The translations under genes were made by a program, and so were the position numbers. Positions 25,020 through 37,800 of a stretch of 48,415 bases of DNA are shown here, piece by piece. The stretch is from Methanobacteriota archaeon (GTDB lineage Archaea; Thermoplasmatota; Thermoplasmata; SG8-5; JAGLSY01): contig JAEHCQ010000009.1 in assembly GCA_020696385.1 (NCBI GenBank), positions 1 to 48,415 on the forward strand, given 5' to 3'. Under the pieces are notes generated by a model that saw nothing but the letters and a program-made list of their open reading frames with translations, was not told the origin of the DNA and searched no databases. Every line of letters starts with the position of its first letter. The first letter of the stretch is position 1.

Positions 25020-25268
25020 CCCATTATAATTTAATATAATAGAAGAACAAGACATAAGGAGAAAGGAACGGGAGACATGAGGAGATGAGAGGCAAAATGG
25101 GAGGCAGCCTTGGAGAGGCAAATATCATATTCATTAATTTATAATATATCCATAAATCACGAGTACATAAATCATGAAAAGCAGAGAAAAACAGAGAAAA
25201 AAAGGAGAAAGAAAAACACAGAGAGAGAAAATAAGGAAAATATATAGATATATAGGAGATGAAATAAA

Positions 25269-28200
25269 ATGAACAAAAAAATATTAGCAACAATAGTTGC
25301 GCTTGCAATGGTATCAATGACCTTTGCTATGCTGGTACCAGCAGTATCAGCAGCAGATGATCAAGCAGAACCAAGCGCATTTCCAACTTCAATGTTGGAC
25401 CCCTTTATGTCAGATGTATCAACAGTCGGCTTTTTCGTAGCCGGTGTGATTGATATCGCAGGGGCGAACGTTATTGTAGATGTTGACAGCACTACAGATG
25501 CTTTTGCAGATGGAGCCGGTAACTTCGGTTCTTTCTCAGCAACAAGCAATGCAGCTGGTGCATACAGAGTAAGTGTTACTGGCCTCAATGAAGCTTTAAC
25601 CTATTACTACAGGGTTAGGTTCGTCGATGGTGGGGACACAACTTACTTCCCTGCTGCAGGCACAGCTGTTGGTCCAACAAGGATCGGAGCAACAAGCGCA
25701 CCTGTGACAAACACAGCTGTTTCCGAGATAATCAGAGAGACAGTCACTGCAACAGGCCAGCCACTTATGTTGGCTACGATGTCCGTGGACAATACATGGC
25801 CTCTGTCCTTCTTTACAGTGCCTGCACCCGCAGGAATGGCTGCTTTCGCAAACAACAACCTGAGGGACATGACAACTGGATTCTACTACACACAGAACGA
25901 TGTAACATCCACCTTTTACCTGGCTGGATACGGAATGTGGGATGGCGGATCTGGACTTGAGTATTGGTCATCAGTACCACTCGATGACACATACACTGGA
26001 ATACCAGCACCATTGTCTGGAGTTGACACATACCCACCAGCATCTGCAAGCACAGCTGATGCAACAGGCCCAACCGGAACATCAACAGACAACACACCAG
26101 ATGTGACATTCACAACAACCGGTAGCCCAGCAACAGTTGACATTTGGTCATGGGATGGAGCTTCCTGGACAAACCAGGGAACTGACGCAGACGGTGTCGG
26201 TCCTTTCACATGCCCAGCTCTGGCAGACGGTACATACTCATGGTATGCACAGTCCCCTGATGAAGCAGCACCAACAGTTGTTGGCGATGCAGAGGCAGGA
26301 CCATACACAGTTGATGCAACAGCACCAACATTCACCTTTGTCCCATTGGACACAGCAACAAGCATCGCAGTAACTGCAGATGTCGTTGTTACCTTCGATG
26401 AGCCAATGAACACTGGAACTGTCACATACACATCTGTGCCAAACCCAGTAGGTGGATACACAGTTGTTTGGACTGTCGGCAACACAGTTGCTACATACAG
26501 CCATGCTACAGACTTTGCACCATCAACACTACACACCTTCACAGTAACTGCAGGTGCCGATGTTGCAGGTAACCCACTTGTATCAGATGCAACCGCATTC
26601 ACAACAGGTGACCCATTACCACCACAGACAACCATCGACAGCATTGCTCCAGCATACGTTGGACAGTTGCCAGACGATGTTGTTCTGACAGTAACTGGTG
26701 ATGACACAGGTCTTGGTGACTCAAACGTTGTTGCAGCAGAATACAGGATAGATGGCGGCGCATGGATCGCAATGACCCCAGGCGCAATCGGTGTATCAAC
26801 ACAGTTCACCGCAACCATCGATCTGCACGGTGTAGCAATCGGTAACATCCTCGTAGAGGCAAGAGCTTCAGACGGTGGATGGGACGCAACACCAGCAGGA
26901 CTTGTCTTCGGAATAGCTGATACAACCGCACCAGAGCACGGATACGATGCAGCATCACCAGTTGATGGCGCAACCCGTGACACAGGTTCAACAGTTGATA
27001 TCTTGGTAGACTATCACGACTTCACAGACTACACAGTCGCAGAATACCAGATCAACGAGAACCTCGCTGGATACGGTGCATGGACACCAATGACCGTTGA
27101 CGGAACATGGACAGGTAGCTTCGGAGCTGACTTCAGCTTCCAGGTCACACTCGCAGCAGACGGCTTTGTTGACTACCAGTACAGGTTGACAGATGGCGGC
27201 GGTAACGCAGTTGTCGGTGCAGAGCAGACATTGAACTTCCAGACAGCAGCAGCAGTAGCAGATCCATATCCGGTCTTCGGATACACAACCTACTACAACG
27301 GTGCAGCTGGTGTAATGGAATACAATGTAGCTGAGGACGCATACGGTAGATTGGATCCAGCTTCATCAGTTGATGTAACATGGTGGAACACAGACACACT
27401 TGCATTCGAGACAATAACAACAGCCTCAAACGCAGCATCCCAGTACTCAGTTGATATCTACAACTACACTGACGGTGCAACAATATGGATCAACGTGACA
27501 TCTGGAACATACGGTAACATCGGTTACAACACATCTGTTATAAACGTTGCAAACGGCCAGTCAGAGCAGGATGCAATGTCCGGTGTACCATACGAAGTAT
27601 TGTACAATCTGCCACCAGCAGGAGTAACTGCAGGAGCCGCATTCCCATTGACATACGACATTTTGGATATCAATGGTGCAATCGCACAGGGTTACTTCAC
27701 ATACGCAGCAGATGGTCCATTCGACTTCTACTCCGGTGACCTGTTGTTCGTCAACGACGTCGCACACCCATTGACCTTCGATGGTCTTGGTGGTGCAGTC
27801 ACAGACGGTACCTACACAGCAACTGTAACACTCGTTACAGGTGGTCTGCAGTGGATCAACATATCAGAGGGTGGATCAGTCGCAGCAGACGGTCCAGAGT
27901 TCTTGACCCCATGGGGTGCATGGACATACCTCGATGGATCCGCAGGATACTTGAACGACTGGGACAATGTTACTATCTTGGTAGCATCTGACTTCTTCCA
28001 GTGGAACATCGTAGCTGGATGGAACCTGATCAGCGTGCCAATGAACCCCGATGATGATGGTCTTGACCTCACATTCGGTGCTTTCGATATTGCAAGAGAG
28101 ATCGAGGCAGACATACCAGGCGCAACAGCACAGATCGCAGACAGGACTGGCGGAAACCCATCAGCATACACCACATTTGATTATGGTACAGCTGAGGGAG

Positions 28201-28637
28201 CCGCTAACGACTTCGCAACAGACTACACAAGCGGTTACTGGGTTAACTCACTGGTAGCAGGTATAGTCATAGTGCAGGCACAGAACTGTACAGGTGTTGG
28301 CGACAATATCGGCGCAATTGCAGTTGGCGAGTGGAACCTTATTGGATTCACACACAACTACACAGTAGCCGGTGTTTACAACGCAGCACTTACAGCAGAC
28401 AGCTTTGCAACTGGTGTAGTTGACACAGGCGCAGCACCATGGTCCGCAACAGGCGGTGCAACAAACTTCGTTGCAACATGGTTCGACCAGGGTACACAGA
28501 GATATGACAGCTACGTTGTCACATCTACTTTCCCAGGTATGATCGCTCACGACTGGGTTGTTAACACAGCCTTTGCTTGGGGATACTGGGTCTGGTCCGA
28601 CACCGGTGGTGCAATAACCTTCGATGTCGACTACTAG
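25269..28637 (+). CDS. Major S-layer-like / cell-surface glycoprotein with Ig-like domains and C-terminal GWNL...GYWV modules
   Basis: Signal peptide ending VSA-AD; acidic and Thr/Ala/Gly-rich, almost no Lys in the mature chain; VTFDEPM...DVAGN domain; strong codon bias; no C-terminal TM. Confidence 0.88.
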   Translation: MNKKILATIVALAMVSMTFAMLVPAVSAADDQAEPSAFPTSMLDPFMSDVSTVGFFVAGVIDIAGANVIVDVDSTTDAFADGAGNFGSFSATSNAAGAYRVSVTGLNEALTYYYRVRFVDGGDTTYFPAAGTAVGPTRIGATSAPVTNTAVSEIIRETVTATGQPLMLATMSVDNTWPLSFFTVPAPAGMAAFANNNLRDMTTGFYYTQNDVTSTFYLAGYGMWDGGSGLEYWSSVPLDDTYTGIPAPLSGVDTYPPASASTADATGPTGTSTDNTPDVTFTTTGSPATVDIWSWDGASWTNQGTDADGVGPFTCPALADGTYSWYAQSPDEAAPTVVGDAEAGPYTVDATAPTFTFVPLDTATSIAVTADVVVTFDEPMNTGTVTYTSVPNPVGGYTVVWTVGNTVATYSHATDFAPSTLHTFTVTAGADVAGNPLVSDATAFTTGDPLPPQTTIDSIAPAYVGQLPDDVVLTVTGDDTGLGDSNVVAAEYRIDGGAWIAMTPGAIGVSTQFTATIDLHGVAIGNILVEARASDGGWDATPAGLVFGIADTTAPEHGYDAASPVDGATRDTGSTVDILVDYHDFTDYTVAEYQINENLAGYGAWTPMTVDGTWTGSFGADFSFQVTLAADGFVDYQYRLTDGGGNAVVGAEQTLNFQTAAAVADPYPVFGYTTYYNGAAGVMEYNVAEDAYGRLDPASSVDVTWWNTDTLAFETITTASNAASQYSVDIYNYTDGATIWINVTSGTYGNIGYNTSVINVANGQSEQDAMSGVPYEVLYNLPPAGVTAGAAFPLTYDILDINGAIAQGYFTYAADGPFDFYSGDLLFVNDVAHPLTFDGLGGAVTDGTYTATVTLVTGGLQWINISEGGSVAADGPEFLTPWGAWTYLDGSAGYLNDWDNVTILVASDFFQWNIVAGWNLISVPMNPDDDGLDLTFGAFDIAREIEADIPGATAQIADRTGGNPSAYTTFDYGTAEGAANDFATDYTSGYWVNSLVAGIVIVQAQNCTGVGDNIGAIAVGEWNLIGFTHNYTVAGVYNAALTADSFATGVVDTGAAPWSATGGATNFVATWFDQGTQRYDSYVVTSTFPGMIAHDWVVNTAFAWGYWVWSDTGGAITFDVDY

Positions 28638-28662
28638 ATCTGTTGAACAAAAAACCGAAAAT

Positions 28663-28702
28663 GAGAGAGCCTTCGGGTTCTCTCCCTTTTTCTTTTATTT
28701 TT
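28663..28702 (+). terminator. Hairpin plus long T-tract
   Basis: GAGAGAGCC-TTCG-GGTTCTCTC followed by CCTTTTTCTTTTATTTTT. Confidence 0.85.
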
Positions 28703-28722
28703 ATGATAACTTAGACTAAGGT

Positions 28723-28749
28723 CTATAAAAGCCTATAAGGCTTTTATAG
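28723..28749. promoter_or_regulatory. 12-3-12 inverted repeat immediately upstream of a TATA-like element of the giant gene
   Basis: CTATAAAAGCCT-ATA-AGGCTTTTATAG followed by CAAACCTTATTATATA. Confidence 0.5.
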
Positions 28750-28872
28750 CAAACCTTATTATATAGTAATTGGTTATATACTGTATAGATACTGTGAGGA
28801 GTATCAGGAAATGTTTGCAATTGTGCAGATATTTCCTAACAAATCAGGCAGGGGGATTCCCATCAAGGGGGG

Positions 28873-31800
28873 ATGATCTCTGTCTTTGAGTTGAGGAAGG
28901 CGAGTCCCATGGATACGGATGGAAATGTGAATGAGCACGAGGTATGCCCACATTGTGGAGTATTCCTTGAAAAAGGTTCTGAAAGCTGTTTAGTATGCGG
29001 TGAGAGCACTGCAGACAAAATAACAGAACCTGCACAAACAACTGATTCTGATCATGTAGAATGTTCAGCTTGCGGCACAATGCTGGACGCTACTTCGACA
29101 GAATGCTTTTTATGCGATGCCCCTGTGGTATCGACAACTGATGAAACTGCATCAGACCCTAAACAATCTGCTGATTGGGATATGGGTATAATAGGTGGGG
29201 ATGAAGCCAATGGCGATTCTCCAGCATCTGAGGAGCTTGAAGTTCCCGAGCCAGAGGAAGAGGTTCCTGTGGTGGATGATGAACCTGTTATTGATGATGG
29301 TATTGGTGATCCAACAGACGAAGATATTCTTGGTCTGGATGAAGTTGAGGAGACCCCTGAGCTTGGACCTGATGAATACCATTGCCCCTCCTGTCAGAAG
29401 CCTGTTACGATGGGTTCTGAACAATGTTCTTCATGCTGGGTCGACCTGGAAGATATGGTCAAATGCCCTGCCTGCGAATCATTGGTGCCATTAGTTTCCG
29501 AATCATGCACAGAGTGCTATGCCAAACTCGACAAAGGCGTCCTCATTGACACACCGCCTTTGGAAGATGATAACCTTCAGCTATCTGATGAAGCTCTCGC
29601 CGCTTCATCTGACGATGAATTTTATGAAGAAGAAGAGACCATCGAGTACACAGAAGAATTTGGTATCGAATGTCCGTTCTGCAACGCCTTCGCTGGACAG
29701 GATGATGATATCTGCTCTGAATGTGGAATGCCGCTGGTTGAAGAAGAGGATAAACCCGCACCCAAGAAAGAGAGGGTGTGGACTCCAAAGCCAGCTCCAA
29801 AGAGAGACTGGCAGAAGGATGTTGCATTTGTGCTTGTTTTGATATTGCTGGCCAGTGCCCTTATGCCTTTCATTGTTGGCTTACCAGAAGTCGATCGTGA
29901 CCGTGTTATAATAGACGGTTCCTTTGATGACTGGGAAAATGTTGCCAACAACACAGATATATTACCCGCAGAGGTCATCAACCCCAATATCGATATAGTG
30001 AATTACAAGGTCGTTAATGACCTTTGGAATATATTCTTCTATGTCGAGGTGGCTGGTGAAGCATTTGCGGATGATCTTGGGGATACTGCCAGGATATTCA
30101 TAGATCGTGATCAGGATAAGACCACTGGTTACAATATCATGGGCATCGGTGCAGATTATCAGATACGTGTTTTCGGTCATGACAGTGAAGTGCAGAGCGC
30201 ATCATGTATGGCCTTCGATGACACATACGCATCCAATGACTTCAATGGCTTCGTATCTTATTGTCCATCAGTGCCTTATGCTGGTGTTGAGAATGATGAT
30301 AGCAACAAGTTCGAGGTCAGAGTATCTCTCGATAACCTTGTGGATACAGCCGGAGTGCCAATGGATTTCAATACACCAATAACCGCAGTCTTCTACATGG
30401 CCGATTCATTCACAGATGGCGACCATGATTTCTCGGATATGCCTATCTCGAACCAGGATGGAGTTCTGTTCGTCGAGCAGGCTACCCTGATAAACAATGG
30501 CATAGTTCCAAGGGGAGCATCCGTTGATGTCCTTGAGCTTACCTTGAATGCAACAGGAGAAACCATTCAGGTAGATTCATTGGATCTGCCAGCAGGTTAT
30601 TCCGCTACTGGTCTCCCAATCACTATTGACGAGGGTACAAGCGAGATCATCACAATATCATACAATACAAATTCCAACCAGACATCTGACTTCCTTCATG
30701 TGGAGGTCGATCACAATGCCTTTACCACATTATCTGGAGATATTGTAGTAGTTGGCGAAGGAACATATGCATACGTTGACAGTGCACCAGCTGCCATCAC
30801 CATTGATGGTGCCTTTGCAGATTGGGACACAACACCAGCCCAGTCCGATGATATCTTGGATGTCATGTCAAAGGGCGGTGTCGATCTTGACCACACACCA
30901 GACCTTGATATTCAGGAACACAAGACACTTGCCGAGAACAATAATATCAATTTCTATGTGAACGTGGAAGGAGATATGTTCGCTGGAATGTGGGTCCCTG
31001 AAATGGAAGAGAAGTACAGTGGCGACACACTTCCAGGAACCAGGACAGAAACCTTCACACAGCCACCAGTTGAGAAGGATGGCACAAGACAGACAACTGA
31101 TTTCCAGAGACCAACTCCTCCAGCACCAGATGCGGAGAACCCAGCAGTTGGAGAGGATGCTGTGTCCATCTATATTGATACAGATAATGATACATCCACT
31201 GGATTCAGTGTCACAAGCGGCCCATATTACATTGGAGCAGATGCTCTTGTAAGGATATATGGACAGGATGGAGATGTCACCAGGACCCAGTTCTTGCAAT
31301 TCACAGGTTCAGACCAGTTCATGAATGACTGGACAGTTATTGCTGGTGTTACACCAACAGCCGCATCATCCGGTGGGTCTGTTGAGGCAAGAATATCTGC
31401 GGATGCTTTCACAGGTACATTTACCGAGAATGCAACAGCATTGATCAAGATCACCGATTGGAAACTCAACGGTGATGTATCGGCTCTTCCAACAAACTTT
31501 GACCTTGAGGCAACCAGAGGATCAAGAGCTGGGCCAGGTATACCACCTAGCTCAATGGTCGGAAAGATATCTGATAGTAATGGTCTTAGAGCAAGGGACA
31601 CGACGATCGTGGCCAGGGTCACAACAGGACCTGACAGATGGGCAACGGATAATACATATGACATGGACCTGACAGCCCCTGAAACTCTCAATAATTACAG
31701 GATCTACTTTGATAATGCTTTAACTGGCTACAATGTTGATGTATACGCATCCAATGAAACACACTTTGGATTTGCGGCTGTACCATACAGCACTGCAGGT

Positions 31801-34800
31801 ACCACTGTTTGTGATTTCACCCTCACTCAGCCTCTACCTGCGACCGCACCAACCAATCTGGCACTTTCCAATCTCGCTGTGAGCACAAATATGAGTACAT
31901 TGGGTGTTCAGCTGGACTGGGATCATGCATTGGATCCAACCTTATACAGGATATGGAGAGCGGACTCTGCAACATCAGAGGGAAATTATGGTGGCTATGG
32001 TATATACTACGGCTCTGCCTCAGCATACAATAATGTTGGAGCGACTCTGAACACCTTCCAGGATCTGACACCAACCGGAAATGTAACCAATTACTACTTC
32101 ATGGAATCTGTTTTGGGAACTGACTCTAATTATTCACAGGAAGTATCCATACTCGCAGATTTCTGGGCACCTGAGATAACCCACACCGAGCATGTTAATG
32201 AAGAATATGCAGCATCGATGGTTCCAATAAATGCAACCATAACAGATGGTGTTGGCGTATTGAGCGCAACCCTTCACTATAAGAAGGCATCATCCGGATC
32301 ATGGATGAGCATGGCGATGGGTATGACATCTGGAAATCAGACAGATGGCACATGGTTCACATACATGCCAGTTGATTACGGTGCTAGCCCGGTGGAATAC
32401 CAATATTACATAGAAGCATCAGATAGCTTATTCTCATCACAGTTAGCTGTTATCAACCTGAATGCATCAGCACCACCAACTGATCCATATCCAGTATATG
32501 GATTTGTTAAGTGGGGAGATGGAAGCATCGTTGGAGCTGGTGTAGATGTTGAAGTTGAATGGGTTAATATGACTGGCGTCGTGATAAATGATCCACCATT
32601 TTTCCCATGGACAACACAGGCATCGAGTCAGTATTCCGTGGATGTCGTGGAGCATGATCAGAACACAGTGATCTGGGGTAATGCATCCATTGGGCCTTAC
32701 ACCGGATACAATTCCACAACAACAGGACCACTGCCATGGAATGGCGGTCAGTGGATGGATATCATTCTGGAAACACCTTCGATCAATATAACCAAATTAG
32801 CTCCAGCATCTGCCAATCCGAATGATCTCATAACTTACACTTTGCAGTACACCAATGGAAACACAACAGGTTACAATATAAACATCTCAGAAAGTTATTC
32901 GCCATGGGTTAGCTTTGTTAGTGCGAACCCAGCACCAACATTCGGTAATGATGTTTGGATAATACCACAGATGGCTCCGGGTGAAACACAGTTCATAAAC
33001 ATCACTGTTCTTTTGAGCCCGACGGCTCCACTTGGTACGAGCGTTTACAATAATGTCACAGCCAATATCACCAATTCAATTGGGGATGAATGGCCAGGTG
33101 ACACGGCCACAGCTGTCACCATTGTTGGCGCAGCTATGTTGAACTTATCAAAAACCGCTCCTGCTTTTGCGAATACTGGAGAGCTCATAACTTATTGGAT
33201 AGACTACTCCAATATTGGAAGTGAGTGGGCTTCCAATGTCATAGTTACTGAGACATATCCTGCAGGTGTATCATTCGTAAGCTCGGTACCAGCACCCGAT
33301 GTAGGCGAAAATGTTTGGCTCATTGGTGCCATGGGACCCGGAGATTCAAATTCCATAATGGTCACTGTTCGTGTAAATGATGATGCAACAGGTATACTGA
33401 ACAATACCGCGTTAATAACTGGATTTGATCTGCCTGGTGTATTGCCAATTGCCAATGTCACTGCCTGGGCTGATACAACCATAATCGATCCATTGGTTCT
33501 AGTTGGAAAAGGCGGACCAGTTCCAGCAACTGCAAATACTGGAGAGATCATTCAATATTCTATCGGCTACAATAATATCGGATCTGATATAGCATATGAT
33601 GTGGTCATCACTGAAACATATGATGCAGGCGTTTCCTTTGTAAATGCTACCCCATCACCGAATATTGGAGACAATACCTGGTTGATCGGTGATCTTGCAC
33701 CTGGCGAGATGGGCACAATATTTATCAATGTGACCGTGGACGCGCTTTCTGGCATTGTTGTCAATAATGTAATGTTGGACTATGATGATTCACAGGCCGA
33801 AGTTCAGGAAACTGGAGAGGCCTGGTACAATGTAACAGTTGTCAACTCCAATATGCTCATCAATAAAACCGCACCAGAAACTGCGAATACCGGCGAGCAG
33901 ATCACCTATACTATTGACTATTTCAATATTGGAACTGATCTTGCAACGGATGTTGTCATAACTGAGACATATCCGATTGGAGTAACATTCGTTGGAGCCG
34001 CTCCGGTTCCAGATGTTCCAACAGATAATGTTTGGACAATAGGAAATGTAGCTGCCGGAACTGGTGGTACAATTACTATCACAGTACTGGTTGATGCAAC
34101 TGCAAGTGGTACTTTGACCAATATTGTGGGTATGGAATACAATAACAGTGCTGGTATCCCTCAGGTCATAATTGGAGATTCTGCAGACACACTTATTCAG
34201 GATCCTTTGATGGATATTACCAAGGAAGGACCAGCAACCGCGAATGCTGGCGAGACCATCACTTACTGGTTGAACTACTCCAATACTGGAACAGCCGGCG
34301 CATACAATGTTGTAATAACAGAAACATACCCTGGTGAGGTCGCCTTCAATATGTCGATACCTGCTCCTGATGTTCCAACAGATAATATATGGACAATACC
34401 ATTTATCCCAGCAGGAGGCAGTGGCAGCATAATGATCACTGTCGATATCGCACCAGCTACCACTGGTATGATCTCGAATTTCGTAACTCTGGAATATGAG
34501 GATGCGGCTTCTGAAACACAGGTTGTCGAATCCGATTGGCTTAACACAACGGTAGCCAATCCTTTGATGAATATAATGAAGTTCGCTCCGGGAACAGCCA
34601 ATCCTGGCGAGATTATATCATATATCATAATGTACACAAATACTGGAACTGATGATGCATACAATGTGATCATAACTGAGAATTATCCTGTTGAGGTATC
34701 ATATATTGGAGCCGTTCCGGCTCCAAATTTCCCAACAGATAATGTTTGGACGATACCAAGTGTTCCAGCAGGTGGAAGCGGAACCATAGTCGTTACAGTT

Positions 34801-37800
34801 CAGATAGGCGCTCTTGTAACAGGAACTGTCACCAATATTGTCGATCTTATTTATGAGGATGCATCTGGCACAGTTCTGCCAGTAGTTAGTGATTCTGCAG
34901 ATACGGTTATTTCATCTCCTTTGATGACAATTCAGAAGGATGGTCCAGCTACCGCAGTTGGCGGTGAGACCATAATGTACACACTCACATACCAGAACAC
35001 TGGTGATGCAGCTGCTTTGAATGTTACTATAACAGAGAACTATCCGAACAACATTACCTTTGTTGATGCAAACCCAGCCCCTTCGATCGGGGACAATGTA
35101 TGGATAATACCGAGCGTTGCTCCGATGGAAATTGGATATATATTCATCAATGTCACGATAGATGCAAATGTGACCGGGCTTCTTGTTAACAATATCACAA
35201 TGGAATACGAGAACCAGGACAATCAGGTATTACCTGTTGAATCCGATGAGTGGACCGTGTTCCTTGGCGGACCTTACATGGATATCACGAAGACCGCACC
35301 TGCAACTGCCAATACAGGACAACGGATCACTTACACCATTGATTATATCAATAATGGAAACGACACTGCTTATAATATAGATATAGTAGAAACATACCCC
35401 GCGGGCGTGACATTTGTAAGTGCAGTTCCGGCCCCAACATCCGGTGATAATGTCTGGACAATAGCAAGTCTTGCAGCTGGTGTCCCTGGAACCATAATCG
35501 TAACCGTTGATATCGATGTGAATGTTCTCCCAGGTACGATCCTCACAAATCTGGTAACACTTGATTATGAGAATGTGGCAGGGGTTACCCAGCCATATAT
35601 ATCTGATTCTGCAGCAACAACGATCATCGATCCATTGATGACCATCCAGAAAGATGGTCCAATTACAGCCGTGACCAATGAGACGATAACCTATACCATC
35701 GATTACTTCAATTCCGGAGCAGATATTGCATACAATGTCGTCATCACTGAGACATATGATGCAGGCGTGTCATTTGTCAGTGCCAGCATAGTGCCGGATA
35801 ATCCCGGAACTGGAGATAATATCTGGACCATAGGCAATGTCGCACCTATGACCGGTGGTTCAATAGAGGTTACAGTTCAGATCATAGCCACAACTGGCTC
35901 CATAACTAATCTTGTGGATCTTACATATGAGGATGCTAATACCGAGGTACAGGCTCCAGATACAGATTCATGGATGACCACGATACAGAACCCACTTGTC
36001 CAGGTCATTAAAACAGGACCTGCAACAGCAGCACCAGGCCAGTTCATCAATTATACAATATCATACGATAATGTAGGAACTGAATGGGCATATAACCTGA
36101 CTATCACAGAGAACTATGATGCAGATGTTGCATTCATTGGAGCCGTTCCTGCTCCAACGCTAGGCAACAATGTCTGGATAATTCCAGCTATCGCTCCAGG
36201 TGGTTCAGGTACTATTCTGGTTACTGTCCAGATCGATGCAGCTGCAATTGGAACACTTACCAACTTGATATCATCGACATACAACAATTCCGCAGACCAG
36301 GATTATCAGCCAGTGGATTCATCGGTGGACACTACAATAATAAACGGTCTTGTGACAATTACCAAGACCGCTCCGCTAAATGCCAATGCAGGTGGACAGA
36401 TCACTTACACATTGGACATAGCTAATGTCGGAACAGACTGGGCATATGATCTCATTGTTACTGAGACCTACCCGGTGGGTGTTACATTTGTGAGTTCAAT
36501 ACCAGATCCAACGCTTGGTGACAATGTATGGAACATAGCATCATTGGCATCTGGCGACTCTATATCAATTGTGATCACAGTGGATGTAGATACAGGTCTT
36601 GCGATCGGAACTTCATTGATCAATGATGTTACACTTGACTATGAGAATGCTGGCGGAGAGACATACACCGATTCTGATTCCGCAACAACAACGATCATCG
36701 ACCCATTGATGACCATTACCAAGACCGCACCAGCAACTGCGGCACCTGGTGAGGTTATCATGTACACCATCACGTACCAGAACATTGGAACAGACACGGC
36801 TTACAATGTGGTCATAACTGAGACATACCCGGCAGAGGTTTCTTTCTTGAATGCAAACCCAGCCCCTGATGTTCTAACCGACAATGTTTGGACCATAGGC
36901 AATGTCGCAGCAGGAACTGGTGGCACGATATTCATCAATGTCACTGTTTCACCAACAGCTGGTGGCAATATCACCAACTTCGTATCTCTGGAATATGAGA
37001 ACACCGTTGGCCCACAGGTAGTTGAGGATGACACAGCAGATACTGAGGTTCTCGGACCATATATCACGATAACCAAGACAGCTCCGGCCGTCGCAAACAC
37101 TGGTGAAACAATAACATACACGATAACCTACATGAACACCGGGCCAAATGATGCATACAATGTCTGGATCAATGAGACATATCCAGTAGATGTGGAGTTC
37201 GTATCTTCTACACCAGATCCAGATAATCTGGGAACTGGAAATGACACCTGGTTCATTGGTACATTATTGTCTGGCGAGGTAGGTGTTATAACGATCCTGG
37301 TGGATGTATTACCAGGAGCCACACTTCTGATAAACAATGCGAGTGTGGATTATTCTGCGGATGTTCCTGGAACAGTCACATATGATAATTATGATACAGC
37401 GATCACACTCGTTGAAGGACCTATGCTGGATGTTACCAAGACAGCTCCTGCCTTTGCGAACACTGGTGAGACAATAACCTACACAGTGACGATCACCAAT
37501 GTTGGAGATCAGGCAGCAATGGGAATTGTTGTTACAGAGACATACCCGGCTGGTGTGGCATATATCAGTGAGAGCACGGGCACAGTTATCGGCGACAATG
37601 TTTGGAACATTGCGGTCTTGGCCTCGGGCCAGACCTGGTCTGTGGATATCACACTCCAGGTGAACGATGATGCTGCAGGAATATTGATGAATGAGGTACT
37701 TGTGGAATACACGAACCTCGCCGCAGTTCAGTGGCCGGATGTCAGTGCATATGCGAACACCACGATAATCGATCCAGTTCTGTCAATGACAAAGGATGGT

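Noticed and set aside
25024-25317. 97-aa Phe-rich minus-strand ORF
   Set aside because: An artefact of the purine-rich + strand; it overlaps the start and promoter of the 25269 gene.
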